The notes under the pieces: generated by a model
Told to the model about the DNA's origin: nothing
Databases searched by the model: none
The model's input: the letters and a program-made list of their open reading frames with translations, nothing else
Program-made: the position numbers and the translations under genes
NCBI GenBank assembly: GCA_002269645.1
Contig: NIVC01000528.1
Location: 62,001 to 126,000, forward strand
Reading direction: 5' to 3'
Origin: Macrostomum lignano
Lineage: Eukaryota
Length of the DNA stretch: 64,000 nt
Part shown: positions 11,256 through 22,225 of the stretch, piece by piece
How positions within the stretch are numbered: position 1 is the first letter of the stretch
Layout of the letters: each line of letters begins with the position of its first letter

Positions 11256-13017
11256 GTGCCCTGCATCGTCAAGCCTCCAGTGCGGATGTCCGATCTGACG
11301 CAGCCAGTGGGCGATCTCTGCATCGACGCCTGGCGCTCCGAGCTTGTTGGCGACCCCGACGCTGATTTTATTCTCGACGGCATCGAGAGCGGCTTCTCCA
11401 TTGTCGATGACTTCGACTTTACGCCGTGTCTCTGCAGCAACTACCAGTCCGTCAACCGGAATCGCGACCAAGTCCAAGCTGTTATCGGAGAAGAAATCCG
11501 GCTCGGTAGGTACGTCCCAGTCGTGGACAAGCCTGCGATGGTCTGTCCGCTGGGAGCCATTCCGAAAGACAGCTCCGGCATCCGGTTAATCCATGATTGC
11601 TCCGTCCCTCGCGGCTGCAGCCTGAACGATCACTATGCCCAACAAAGGCGTCTCCGCTTCACCTCCGTCGACGAGGCCGTCAGGATGATGCAGCCCGGCT
11701 GGTTTATGGCAAAGGTGGACATCGCGTCAGCCTACCGCAGCGTGCGAATTTCTCCGCATTGCTACCAAGCCACCGGCATCCACTGGGACTTCGGCAACGG
11801 CTGCTCAACCTTCCTGGTGGATACGCGGTTACCATTCGGCAGCAGAGCCTCCGTCAGCATTTTCCATCGCCTCACGCAAGCGGCCCGGCGAATGATGTGT
11901 CGCAAGGGGTTCCTGGCAACCGTCGTTTTCATCGATGACTTCCTCGTCATGGCCAGGACGAAAGCCGAGTGCGACAGAGCCTACCACGAGCTGCGCAACC
12001 TGCTCACCAGGCTTGGCTTCACCATCAACGAGAAAAAGTCGGTGCCGCCGACGACAAAGCTGCGATTCCTCGGCATTGACATCGACACCGTGCAAGCCAG
12101 TCTTTCCTTCCCAGCCGACAAAGCCGAAAAGCTTCAGCTTCTCCTTGACACCTGCCTCTCGCGGAGGAGCCTGTGCAAGGCGGAACTGCAGAAGCTGCTC
12201 GGGCACCTCAGCCACCTGTGCACTGCCGCCCAGCACGGGCGAGCTTTCCTGCAGCCGCTGATCGAGCTTGTCAACAGCCTGGCGCATCCGTCTGACAGGG
12301 TCGGCGTCACGGAGGAGCTCCGGTCGCAGCTGAGGTGGTGGATGACCGCGTTGAGCACGCTGCCGCCTAGAGCTGCCTGGCCCTCGCGTCGGCCGGCTGG
12401 AGCGATTGAGTCTGACGCCTGTGACATTGGAGGCGGTGCTGTGCTGCATTTCGTCGACAGAGAACCGGTTTGGCTCTACATCGACTGGCAGTCCGACTGT
12501 GATGGCGCGTTCAAGGAGCTGCACATCAACCTCAAGGAGTGCGCCGCCCCGCTGGTTGCGATTCTGCAGCACCAAGAAGCCTTCAGTGGCTGCTCGGTTG
12601 CAGTCTACACTGACAGCACCGCCGCCTGCGACATCATTAACTCGGGCTCCGCCAAGCACCAAGGTATTGCCGACCTGCAGAAGCGCGTCGCCCTGCCCTG
12701 CATTCAACGCGACATCATCGTCCGCGCGCACCATGTGCCTGGCCGCTTCCAGCTGCTCGCAGAGCCGCTGTCCAGAGCGCATGACCCCAGCCAGCTTGCC
12801 AACTTTCTGTTTCGCTTCTATGGCACCTGCTATGTGCCAACCAGCTTGCTTGCCTCCGCTTGCTTGAGCTCTGCCGCTGCCTCCCACCTTCTGTTTCAGG
12901 TCCGCCTCCTGTGGTCCCGGTTCCCGGCCTCTCCGCACCGGCACGTCGACTGCTCAGCCAAGGCTTCGCCAGCTCAACTCGCTCCGCCTACGCCAGCCAG
13001 TGCGCGTCCTGGATGCG
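11256..13017 (+). CDS. Ngaro ORF2: reverse transcriptase plus RNase H; frame is open from 11172 and the 3' end is cut by the Gypsy insertion
   Basis: GAIPKDSSGIRLIHD, KVDIASAY, RLPFG, VFIDDFL, FLGIDID, then RNase H motifs ESDAC, HINLKE, YTDS, HVPG..AEPLSR. Confidence 0.92.
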
Positions 13018-13311
13018 TGTTGGGGTTGTACTTTGGTTTTTCATGTTGTTTCACTTCTCTCTCTCTCTCTCTCTCTCTCTCCCGTGACTGATCATTCTTG
13101 CGCGCTATCGTTTTACCCCTACCTGTGTACATTTGTGCTTGCCAGTGTGCATGGTTTTAACCCCCAGCCAATCGGATGGCGTTTGTCTACCAATGTACGT
13201 GGTTTCGTGTTATGTAGTCAAATAAATACTTTCGTCACTTCGGTAGAGATCTTTCTATGGTTTACTCCTTCGCTTGCAAACATGACTTGACTCAGTTTTC
13301 CTAGACTAACA
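13018..13311 (+). repeat. 5' LTR of the young Gypsy (contains a (CT)12 run)
   Basis: Appears identical to 16392..16685 by eye. Confidence 0.95.
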
Positions 13312-13333
13312 TTTTGGCGTCGCAAGCAGGATC

Positions 13334-14011
13334 ATGAGCATCAAATTGAGAGAGACGCTGCCGTTGAGCAACATAGATGAGCTTCGCGCCTGGGTTGAAG
13401 TATTTGACGCCCAGGCCAGATCCAAAGGAGTCGAAGATACCGACGAGAGACGAGCGCTGACCGACGCTTTCATGGGCTGCCTCGGGGTCGCTGAGCTCAT
13501 AAAAGTCAAGCAGCTGGTTGCTCCAAAAACCCCGTCTGAGATGAAATGGTCTGAAATCAAGCAATGCCTACTGGCGTTTGTGGAGCCCAAGAAGAAACTG
13601 CAGATCGCTGAGAGGACAGCCTTCATGTCTATGCGCCAGGCCGAAGGCGAAACCGTCACCAGCTATGCCGCTCGTCTCAGGGAGCAAGCCGTCGTATGCG
13701 AGTTCGAGAGCCTGAAAAAGGAAGGAGCGGACCCCGCCGAAGCGCTCATCAAGATGCGGCTCATTGCCGGTCTGGCCAACTCGAACATCAGGAACAAGGT
13801 GCTCGAGCGTGAAGTTACTCAAGAACTGACGGTCGATCAGGTCACAGAATATGTTCAGCAGCTGCTGATGGTCAGCAACTTTTCAGCTGGGTCCCTGGCT
13901 GCTGCTCACTCGACTCTCGTGGATTCGGTGGTGCACCAGGCTAGGTCGCTGTCGACCGCGGGTCTGACTACGGCTGATGAAGCTCACTGCCCGCAGGCCT
14001 GGTCCAGCTGA
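13334..14011 (+). CDS. gag: Gypsy gag (no recognisable zinc knuckle)
   Basis: Starts just after the PBS; ERTAF..RQAEGETVTSYAARLRE..CEF and IKMRLIAGL motifs. Confidence 0.85.
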   Translation: MSIKLRETLPLSNIDELRAWVEVFDAQARSKGVEDTDERRALTDAFMGCLGVAELIKVKQLVAPKTPSEMKWSEIKQCLLAFVEPKKKLQIAERTAFMSMRQAEGETVTSYAARLREQAVVCEFESLKKEGADPAEALIKMRLIAGLANSNIRNKVLEREVTQELTVDQVTEYVQQLLMVSNFSAGSLAAAHSTLVDSVVHQARSLSTAGLTTADEAHCPQAWSS

Positions 14012-14082
14012 GTCCAGAAGACTCCTATCGTGATGAGCCCGTATTCTACTGTGGAGAAGGAAAGCCTGCCGAGTTCTGCACT

Positions 14083-16338
14083 GTGAAAATCAATCACAGA
14101 GAAGTGCTGATGGAGAAGGACAGCGGTGCCTCCTGCTCGTTAATCTCACGAAGGATCTGGAATGAGCTCGGAAGGCCCCCGCTGAAGTCGGCGAAGTCGC
14201 GCATGCTGGCGTATGACGGACACGTTATGAGACAGATGGGCGTTCTGGAATGCCTGGTAGAGACCACTGGCAACATCGGCCGCTTCAAGGCGGCAGAGCT
14301 GCCCGTCATCGACTGCCAACAGGAGTTTGGGCTGCTCGGCCGGAATCTGCTGGTCCTCGCACCGGTGCACCATGCCAGTTCTGATGGGTCAGCCGCCAGC
14401 AACAGGTATGAGAGCTTGTTGGGAATATCTGGTGCTACGGGAGAAATCCGTCTTTGTGCTGGAGCTAGGCCAATTTTCCAGGCAGCCAGAGAACTGCCCT
14501 TAGCGCTGAAGCACTTGGTTAAGAAGGAGCTGGACCTGATGGAAAGTGCTGGAATCGTTGAGAAGGTGATGTCGTCGGAATGGGGCAGTCCAATTGTGGT
14601 GACGGTGAAGTCAGATCGGGCATCCGTGAGAATTTGTGGAGATTATTCGGCTGTTAATCGGTTGGTTCAAGACCAGACCTTCCTCACTCCCTCGATTGAG
14701 ACAGCCTTTTCGAAAATGGCCAACAAGAAGCTGTTCTGTCGGTTGGACCTATCGGATGCGTACTATCAGGTTCCCCTGGATGAGGAATCGAAAGCGGTGA
14801 CCACCATAAACACTCCGTTTGGTTGCTACAGGTTTAACCGGTTGCCGTATGGCATTAAGGTGTCGCCATCTGTTTTTCAACGTGTGATGGAAAAGCTCCT
14901 GGGAGACCATCCATGTGTCATAGTATATCAGGACGATGTGCTGATCGGTGCTGCGAGCCGGGCAGAGTTGCAGAAAATTAGGGAGCAGGTGCTCAACAAG
15001 TTAAAGGCCGCAAATGTCAAGATCAACGAGGCGAAGTGCGTGATGGAAGCCAACAGCCTGAAGTTTCTTGGTCACATTATTGATGATGAAGGAATAAAAC
15101 CCGATCCGGGCATGGTGAAACGTGTGATGGATGTCGAGGTGCCGAAGACCAAGAAAGATTTGGAGAGATTTCTAGGACTGGCTCAATTTTATGGACGGCT
15201 GGTTCCAAACTTTTCTGAGAAATGTCGGCCTCTTCAGGAGCTTCGCCGCGGTGACCGGGTCTTTGAATGGAACGCGGTGGCTGAGGCGGCATTTTCGGAG
15301 GTCAAAAGGAGTCTGGCCTCAAACCCGTGCATCAAGCCGTTTGATGTTTCCGCGCCTGTCTGTCTTCGAGTTGATGCGAGCGAGAAATCCTTGGGCGCGG
15401 TGCTGGTCCAGTCTGGACATCCCGTCTTGTTCATGTCCAGGGCACACAGGCAGAAACACAAAATTGACATCTGGCCATCCGAGAGCGAGCCGTGGTCCCG
15501 GGTCCACATGGACCACTGTGAGGTGCCAGGAGTGGGCTTGCTACTGTTGCTGTCTGATGCATACTCGGGTTGGCCAGAAGCTGTCCAGGTCCCAGACAGG
15601 TCTGCGGGCAGTGTGCTGAGAGTGCTGAGAGCGGTGTTCGCCAGAAATGGAGTGCCTCGGACGCTAGTGTCGGATAATGCGCCCGAGTTCAGGTCGGAAA
15701 GAGTCTCGCAGTGGCTGAACAGTGTCGGCTGCCAGGAGATGCACACCCCACCGTACCATCCGGCATCGAACGGGCAGGCTGAGCGGTTGGTGAGGAGTCT
15801 CAAAGGCGGGCTGAAGACGTGGACGAAAGTGGTCCCATTTGACCAGTTCCTGCAGAAATTGCTCCTAACCATTCGCACCAGCAGGCCTAGCGGGAATCGT
15901 TCCAGCTCGCCGGACATTCTCATGTGGGGACGCCGGCTGCGCCATCCGCTGACGATGACCGAGCAGGTGGGTGACTCCATCTGGCTGAGGGCTCGGCCTT
16001 GCACGGCTCCGGTTCCGGCCAAGTTCATCGTGCAGCACGGCCGGATCACAGCTCTGGTGACCTCAGCTGACCTACCACACGGTGGACTGCGGATGGCGCA
16101 CGCAAACCAATGGAGCTGCCGCCCGGAGGCGGAGGCCGATCGGCGGCTGACCGAGGCGGCTGGATCCGAGGATCAGGCTGGGCTATCGATTCAGGGTGCC
16201 AAGGCTGGCTCTGACTCGGAGCTGCGTGAACCTGAGGTGACTGACTGTGACTCCCCGCTGAGTTCTGGAGATGAGACTCTCCAGCCCCAAAGCTCGTATG
16301 ATTTGCGGCCTCGTAAACCTGTTTGTTATAAGGTCTAA
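14083..16338 (+). CDS. pol: Gypsy pol: protease, RT, truncated RNase H fused in frame to the integrase core
   Basis: DSGASCSLIS (PR); RICGDY, RLDLSDAYYQ, YQDDVL (RT); VDASEKSLGAVL..FMSRA joined directly to HRQKH..PWSRVHMD, SDNAPEF, PPYHPASNGQAER (IN). Confidence 0.92.
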   Translation: MKINHREVLMEKDSGASCSLISRRIWNELGRPPLKSAKSRMLAYDGHVMRQMGVLECLVETTGNIGRFKAAELPVIDCQQEFGLLGRNLLVLAPVHHASSDGSAASNRYESLLGISGATGEIRLCAGARPIFQAARELPLALKHLVKKELDLMESAGIVEKVMSSEWGSPIVVTVKSDRASVRICGDYSAVNRLVQDQTFLTPSIETAFSKMANKKLFCRLDLSDAYYQVPLDEESKAVTTINTPFGCYRFNRLPYGIKVSPSVFQRVMEKLLGDHPCVIVYQDDVLIGAASRAELQKIREQVLNKLKAANVKINEAKCVMEANSLKFLGHIIDDEGIKPDPGMVKRVMDVEVPKTKKDLERFLGLAQFYGRLVPNFSEKCRPLQELRRGDRVFEWNAVAEAAFSEVKRSLASNPCIKPFDVSAPVCLRVDASEKSLGAVLVQSGHPVLFMSRAHRQKHKIDIWPSESEPWSRVHMDHCEVPGVGLLLLLSDAYSGWPEAVQVPDRSAGSVLRVLRAVFARNGVPRTLVSDNAPEFRSERVSQWLNSVGCQEMHTPPYHPASNGQAERLVRSLKGGLKTWTKVVPFDQFLQKLLLTIRTSRPSGNRSSSPDILMWGRRLRHPLTMTEQVGDSIWLRARPCTAPVPAKFIVQHGRITALVTSADLPHGGLRMAHANQWSCRPEAEADRRLTEAAGSEDQAGLSIQGAKAGSDSELREPEVTDCDSPLSSGDETLQPQSSYDLRPRKPVCYKV

Positions 16339-16391
16339 GGACAGGTCTTGGTTTCTTTTGTTTTTTGTTTTGCTGCTTTTGGGGGGAGCAG

Positions 16392-16685
16392 TGTTGGGGT
16401 TGTACTTTGGTTTTTCATGTTGTTTCACTTCTCTCTCTCTCTCTCTCTCTCTCTCCCGTGACTGATCATTCTTGCGCGCTATCGTTTTACCCCTACCTGT
16501 GTACATTTGTGCTTGCCAGTGTGCATGGTTTTAACCCCCAGCCAATCGGATGGCGTTTGTCTACCAATGTACGTGGTTTCGTGTTATGTAGTCAAATAAA
16601 TACTTTCGTCACTTCGGTAGAGATCTTTCTATGGTTTACTCCTTCGCTTGCAAACATGACTTGACTCAGTTTTCCTAGACTAACA
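16392..16685 (+). repeat. 3' LTR of the young Gypsy
   Basis: Same length and sequence as the 5' LTR; followed by the TSD ATGCG. Confidence 0.95.
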
Positions 16686-17586
16686 ATGCGATTCTGCGCC
16701 GCCCACAGACTTCAACCGCTGTCAGCGCAGCCCGCCGACGTGTGCAACTACCTGGCGGAGCTGGCGAACAACCGGCTGTTCTCAGTCAGCAGCCTATCCT
16801 GCCACCTCGCCGCCGTGTCCTGGCTCTACAAATTAAACAGCGTGGCTGACCCGACGAGGCAGCCACTGGTTCAGCTGGGCCCTGCGCGGCGCCCGCCGGC
16901 TCCTCGGCGCCGCCCCAAGGAGCAAACGAGCGTTGTGGCCGGCCGACCTGCAGCGGCTGCACGGCGTGCTGCGACCTGAAGAGCCCAGGGACTGCGCATT
17001 CTGGTGCGCCTGCATTGTGGGCTTGTGGGCCATGCTGCGGCGAGCCAACCTGTGCGTATACGGCCGGTTCGATCCGCAGCGAGACCTCAGCGCGAGCTGC
17101 ATCCGGCCGTCAAGGGCGGGCGTCATCCTCGTCATTCCGAGGTCGAAGACCAACCAGTTCGGGGCGCGCCAGCACCGAGTTTTCTTGCCGCAGCTCCCAG
17201 ACGGACATCCACTCTGCCCGGTCACCGCGCTCCAGAAGCAGCTGCGCATTAACCGACCGCAGGACACCCAGCATCACTTGTTCAGTACCCGAACCAGACG
17301 GTCCACAGCGCCGCTCACCGCGCGCACCTTCGCGAGGCGCCTGTCCACAGCACTTCGACAGGCCGGGTTCGCCGAGCCAGCCAGGTTCTCTGGGCACTCG
17401 TTGCGTCGAGGTGGCGCTACATCCGCGGCGGAGGCCGGCATCCCCATCGATTCAATCATGCGAGTCGGTGACTGGGCAAGCAGCGCTGTAGAGCGGTACC
17501 TACCGCCTTCGGTTGAGCGCAGTGCGCCGCTGCGCCTGGCTTCACTCCTCCCCTCAACGTGACCTCCTCCCTGGTTTGGGATTTTT

Positions 17587-17661
17587 GGACTCGTTTCGTC
17601 CGCTGCCTTTGTCGCCACGCCTGTGCCTTCCCTCTTGCTGCTTTTGGCCCTGTTGGCTAAG
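17587..17661 (+). repeat. Split direct repeat B1 (75 bp)
   Basis: Identical to 17992..18066; overlaps A2 by TAAG. Confidence 0.92.
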
Positions 17662-17900
17662 GTTGCGATTTCAGGGGCCGGTTTTAACCGGCTCTGTAAT
17701 CGTGTTTAGCCGACGGGGCCGCCCCTCCGCCCGTCTGTGCGTGCGGCCCGCGCGTGTGCATCCCTGCCGCAAGGTGGGGTGCTGGGTGCCGGCCGGCAGG
17801 CGGGGGAGTTGGGTTGGGGGTGGGCGGCGTCGGCCCCCTTTTATTTGTGCGCTCACGCTCTCTCGTGCGCGCTGCGAGAGCGCTTTGGCTCGTAAAATTT
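17658..17900 (+). repeat. Split direct repeat A2 (243 bp)
   Basis: Matches 10006..10248. Confidence 0.93.
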
Positions 17901-17991
17901 TTTTTATTATTTTTCTTGTAATGCTTTTATTCCGTTGCATCGTGACTTCCCTTTTAATCGCCTCAAATCCTAAAATATATTCGCTATCGCA

Positions 17992-18066
17992 GGACTCGTT
18001 TCGTCCGCTGCCTTTGTCGCCACGCCTGTGCCTTCCCTCTTGCTGCTTTTGGCCCTGTTGGCTAAG
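17992..18066 (+). repeat. Split direct repeat B2 (75 bp), 3' end of the Ngaro element
   Basis: Identical to B1. Confidence 0.92.
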
Positions 18067-18689
18067 CGCGTCCCATTGTCCGTACTAAAATAAAATAAAA
18101 TCGCTTTGCAATTAGCATTTAGCGTAGTTTTGCGTTTAGTTCACCTGATCGAGGCCGGAGCTGAAAACGAATGGAATTATCACGTAAAACGAAAATGCTA
18201 CCGAATGTAAATTGATTTTCTATTGAACGAAAGCAATTTCAGCAATGGTAGGCTGCTTATAGTGAGCAACGCGGATGCGGTTGATTGCCGAACGAATAGC
18301 TCTCAGCTGTTTTGCTCTAAACCTAAATGGCGCTATTATAATCGATTTTGTACATAATATAAATACGCTGCCTCTTATTCTTTAACAGTCCTTGCCTACA
18401 TACATTTCTTTCGGAATCATGTTGCTCACCAATTCGCCACTGCTGCTCAGGCGCATGGGCAGCCACCGGCAGCTGCACCACGCTGCCGTGCCACCCCAAT
18501 CGCTGGGGTTTCGCTAAGGATACGACCAGACTGCAGGACATAACTCGGCCCGTTTTCAATTGAAGAATCGACTACCCTACGGTCTACCCTTGGAAAAAAC
18601 GGCCACTGGCCACTGGCCTATATAGCTATGGAAAGACTCAGACTCGCCGGTCCTCACACCACCTCGGCCTCCGGAGTCACGACTGTCGT

Positions 18690-21600
18690 ACGTCTCTTGA
18701 TCCCCGGATTGCGACACCTCCCCTCATCATCAAGGACGTTTTCCTCGGTCGACTGCATCTGTTTGTGAAACGGCCGGATCGCAAATCTAGCTATCTCAGT
18801 AAACGAGCCCGGAGATGGCATCAGTCAAGTGGGTCGGACTGACTTTAGACTCTGAGCGTGGGATCGTGTCAGGAGACTTGATCAGCCCGTCCCTATGGCA
18901 CAAATCAGACCCCGCCAGTCCCGCAAATGAGAACGAAATGCAAATCAATCTTGTCTCGCGATGGCGGCGGCAGGGGCGGGTTCCCTTGAATTCTGGCAGT
19001 GAGAGCTTCCAAGATTGACTGTCAGTTGTAGCTGTTGCGGAGATAGCAGCTGAGTCTAGGTCGGCAAAAAGGGGGTCGCCTTCCCTACCGTCGCTCATGC
19101 ATACATATATTTGCGCTAGCTGGTTAAGCCCTGGAATTGCTACCCCAGACCCAGCTAGCCAAAATTACAAGTCTTGCAAATTACATAGCACGACGGGGTC
19201 ACGATTGGTGGAGAACGATTAACTTGGCCGCCAGCCAATCGCAGGGCGAGCGAGGGGGACGCGCTGGGGGGCGCAGCCAGTCAAAACCGGCTGACCTGCA
19301 CGCACTGCGTAAACAAACTGAAGGGGGAAAAGTCCAGTGACGGGCGCTCTGACTGCAAGCTCAAGATGGCTAAGCAGTGCAGATGCCCCGACACAACACA
19401 CCAGCCAACGAGGTTAAGTTCATACTAAGCCGATTCTGTCACTGTGGATTACCTGGTCGCCGGCTGTTGAGTTTCTGATTGGTTGGGTGAGAGGCTTACC
19501 TTAACTTGCTTGATTGGGTGATTCCTTATACATGTATGTCCTTTATTTAGGCGCACACATTTGCTCATTTTGTTCAGCAGTGCTGTTATTGAGGCAGAAA
19601 TCATTCAATAATACTGTTAGTTGTCCAATTGCTCCGATTCAAACTGAAGTGTGAAATGATTCAGCGAGAAGGTTAAATCTGACAGTTACTTTTATTGGTT
19701 TTATTTCTTTTTCGCTGATGGCTCAGATGAGGAGCGAAACTAACATGCGCTGGTCACAGTGGACCAAAGGCAGTAGTTCTCAGTCGATCAATTTATCAAA
19801 TCGGTTAGCGCGACGAGTAGCGAAATTGCCAATACGAGTACGTAGTACAAAATCGGCGCTAGAGATGTACTCCTATACACTCTAGGTTTGCCAAGCGGCT
19901 CGGGTAGTGAATAATCATGCGATCTCTTAAGTTCGAGTTAGACTATCATCCGCGCTATATGAGAGGCTTGGTTGGCACGTTGAAGGTCAAAAAGTACAAT
20001 CTCTCTTATTTAGCAATAATTTAATACTACATCCAGCTACCCCATAGGCTCGCCACCGCAAGAATCCCCTGCGCAAGTCCCCTCTGTCCCTGCATGGCCA
20101 ATGCGATCTAGTCCCAGCAGTGTCCCTTATTATCGGCTATGACTTCGAGATTGCCACCAAAAAGACACTATAGTTGGCAGGTAAGTGCAAAGCCCCTTCT
20201 AGTCGGAAGCCCGATTTTGAAAGCTCCGGTTTGGTGAGCCGGTGCGCACCGCGGGCTGGTGGCAGCGGGTTAGTTAATCTGCGGATTAGCTGATATCTAC
20301 GTTCAAAATTCTCCCTGCTTGTCTCTCGCTGTCCCTCTCTTTAGCTATAGGATCGACCTAGACTGCTCGCCACAGATCAAGCTACCAATTGGGACTTACC
20401 ATCTGACAGGAGTGGGGGGGGGCAGAACATTTCTAATTGATTCATTTCTGAGGCCTGAAGCCCTGAGGCTTTTAACGCAGAAAAGGCCGAAACCCATCAT
20501 ACACAGACAGAATTGCAAACGAGTTGACTCGTTATTATAATGCCCAGAACTAATGACCCTAAACTTGGCCCTAAAATAGGGTCATATTACATGTATTAAA
20601 AACCGGATTAATAAGTTCAGATTTAGAGTTCAAGAAACTTCAAGCGTCACTCAATCACGTACGTGAGCGTGACGAGTGATTTTGAAGGCCATGACTTGTT
20701 CTTGACCTCCGTTACCAAACCAACCCTGATGACGCCAGCCGCGCTGCGATTGGACGAGAAAGGGCAGGGCACAACGGAGAAAAAGTTTTTTCGATGGGGC
20801 CATGACGTAACATGCAGGAAAAAGCTTGGGGAGATCCATGTGCATGTATGGGGTCATAAAAACTGTCACACGCATGTATGTTTTCGAACAATAGAAAAGA
20901 TGGGGTTGCAGGTGCGCTGGGGATTGGGTGGGCGAAAGCATACATGTGATGTTTTTCGATTTTTTGTTAAAATGAAACAACTCGAAGCGATTGGCTGAGC
21001 CGATTTGTTAAAACTGAGGTCGAATTTTCTGGTTGACTGAGCTTGTTGCCATCCAAACTCTGGCGTAATCAAAAGATTCTATCAGTTCCCTCGGGGGTCA
21101 TAAAAATACGTCAGGTGTGACCATAAATCACTCAAAATCGCCACGATTTATGGCTTTTCGCGTAGGAATTACAAAAATCAGAAAAATGCACCAGAAAGGT
21201 CGTATTAAATGTAAGTAGAAAGTGAAGGTGATGACGAAAAATCGATAATCGCCAATAAGAGCAACGAATTATTTAAGTACTTTTGGGGTCATAAAAAGGC
21301 AAAGCTGTCAGAGCTGTCAAACGCTTGAGAAAACAAGAACCATAAGCCCTGACCTCATAAATCTGATGGCCTGTCAAAAATGATGAGTAAAAAGCTAACC
21401 GCCCGCATCCTCTCAGACCATCTGTCGCCAGCTTTTAACACTGAGTCAGACGCAGCACGCAGGTGGCTGTCAGACACGCTCACAAGCAATTATTTATGAC
21501 CCAAAAAATAAGCGAAAACTGCGCCTATGTTAAATGACTACAAGCATGGCAAAATCATATGCATGTAGCTACAAAAATCTTACTAGTATGAATTCTAAGA

Positions 21601-21711
21601 AAGTTGCATTAAAGGGAAGAAAAATGCCCATAGCCTGCTTTCAGTAGGCTAACAAGTTTGGAAACCCATGTGCGAGCGTGATCGATTTGGAAAAAAGTGC
21701 GTCCTTATCAC
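18690..21711. mobile_element. Unclassified repeat family, copy A: core (18690..20510) plus inverted terminal arm (20989..21711)
   Basis: Core is colinear with 25720..26910 and partly with 47880..48270; the arm is the reverse complement of 24935..25583. Confidence 0.7.
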
Positions 21712-22084
21712 ATGATGTACGCTCGTATGAGTCATCTTTTATCAGCGTTTAAATGCTGATTTGCCATCCCACACGAATGATTGTGTAGGTCGCGTGTTAA
21801 AGTGCGGCACGGGCCTGCTGCGCGTGGCAGCTTTGGCACGTGCGATCGAACCGCGCCCCGCGCCCCTGCCATCCCCTGCAGCCCCTGACGTGGCCTATAA
21901 GGCGAGGATAGTAAAATGGCGGAGAGTGCTAAAAACTTTCTCCCCACGAAAAGTTAAATAAACTCGCACATCGGTTCGAGAGACTCCACCGATCTTTCCA
22001 CTACGGGCCTGAGCTCAGCCGTATAGGCTTGAGGCTACGCGGAAAAATGTAGCTTTGGCATTGAAATTGGTTCTGAGAAAGAAC

Positions 22085-22225
22085 AAAACAAGTAGTAGTA
22101 GAACAGCTAGTAGAACAACTAGTAGAACAACTAGTAGAACTAGTAGAAAAGTAGAACAGTAGAACAGTAGTAGAACAGTAGAACAGTAGAACAGTAGAAC
22201 AACTACTAGTATTAGTAGAACAAAA
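22085..22225. repeat. Low-complexity (AGTAGAAC)-type minisatellite
   Basis: Irregular tandem agtagaac / tagtagaacaac units. Confidence 0.75.

Larger units (their letters stand above)
13018..16685 (+). mobile_element. Ty3/Gypsy LTR retrotransposon (3668 bp), internally deleted, inserted in the Ngaro YR gene
   Basis: 294-bp TG..CA LTRs, 5-bp TSD ATGCG (13013..13017 and 16686..16690), PBS tggcgtcgcaagcagga after the 5' LTR, PPT ggggggagcag at 16381..16391, domain order PR-RT-RH-IN. Confidence 0.96.
12860..17562 (+). pseudogene. Ngaro ORF3 tyrosine recombinase, split by the Gypsy insertion (12860..13017 + 16691..17562) and carrying a one-base frameshift near 16878
   Basis: Removing the insertion gives STRSAYASQCASWMR|FCAAH..VCNYLAEL. 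Catalytic-type motifs MLRRANL, SKTNQ, HSLRRGG and GDWASSAVERY follow. One extra G in ctgggccctg shifts the frame. Confidence 0.88.
10006..18066 (+). mobile_element. Ngaro-type (DIRS order) tyrosine-recombinase retrotransposon with split direct repeats; ~4.4 kb after removing the nested Gypsy
   Basis: Order A1 - gag-like - RT/RNaseH - YR - B1 - A2 - spacer - B2. Both ends and the B1/A2 junction share TAAG. Confidence 0.93.

Noticed and set aside
11829-12944. 371-aa antisense ORF
   Set aside because: Shadow of the GC-rich RT/RNaseH ORF; no motifs of its own.
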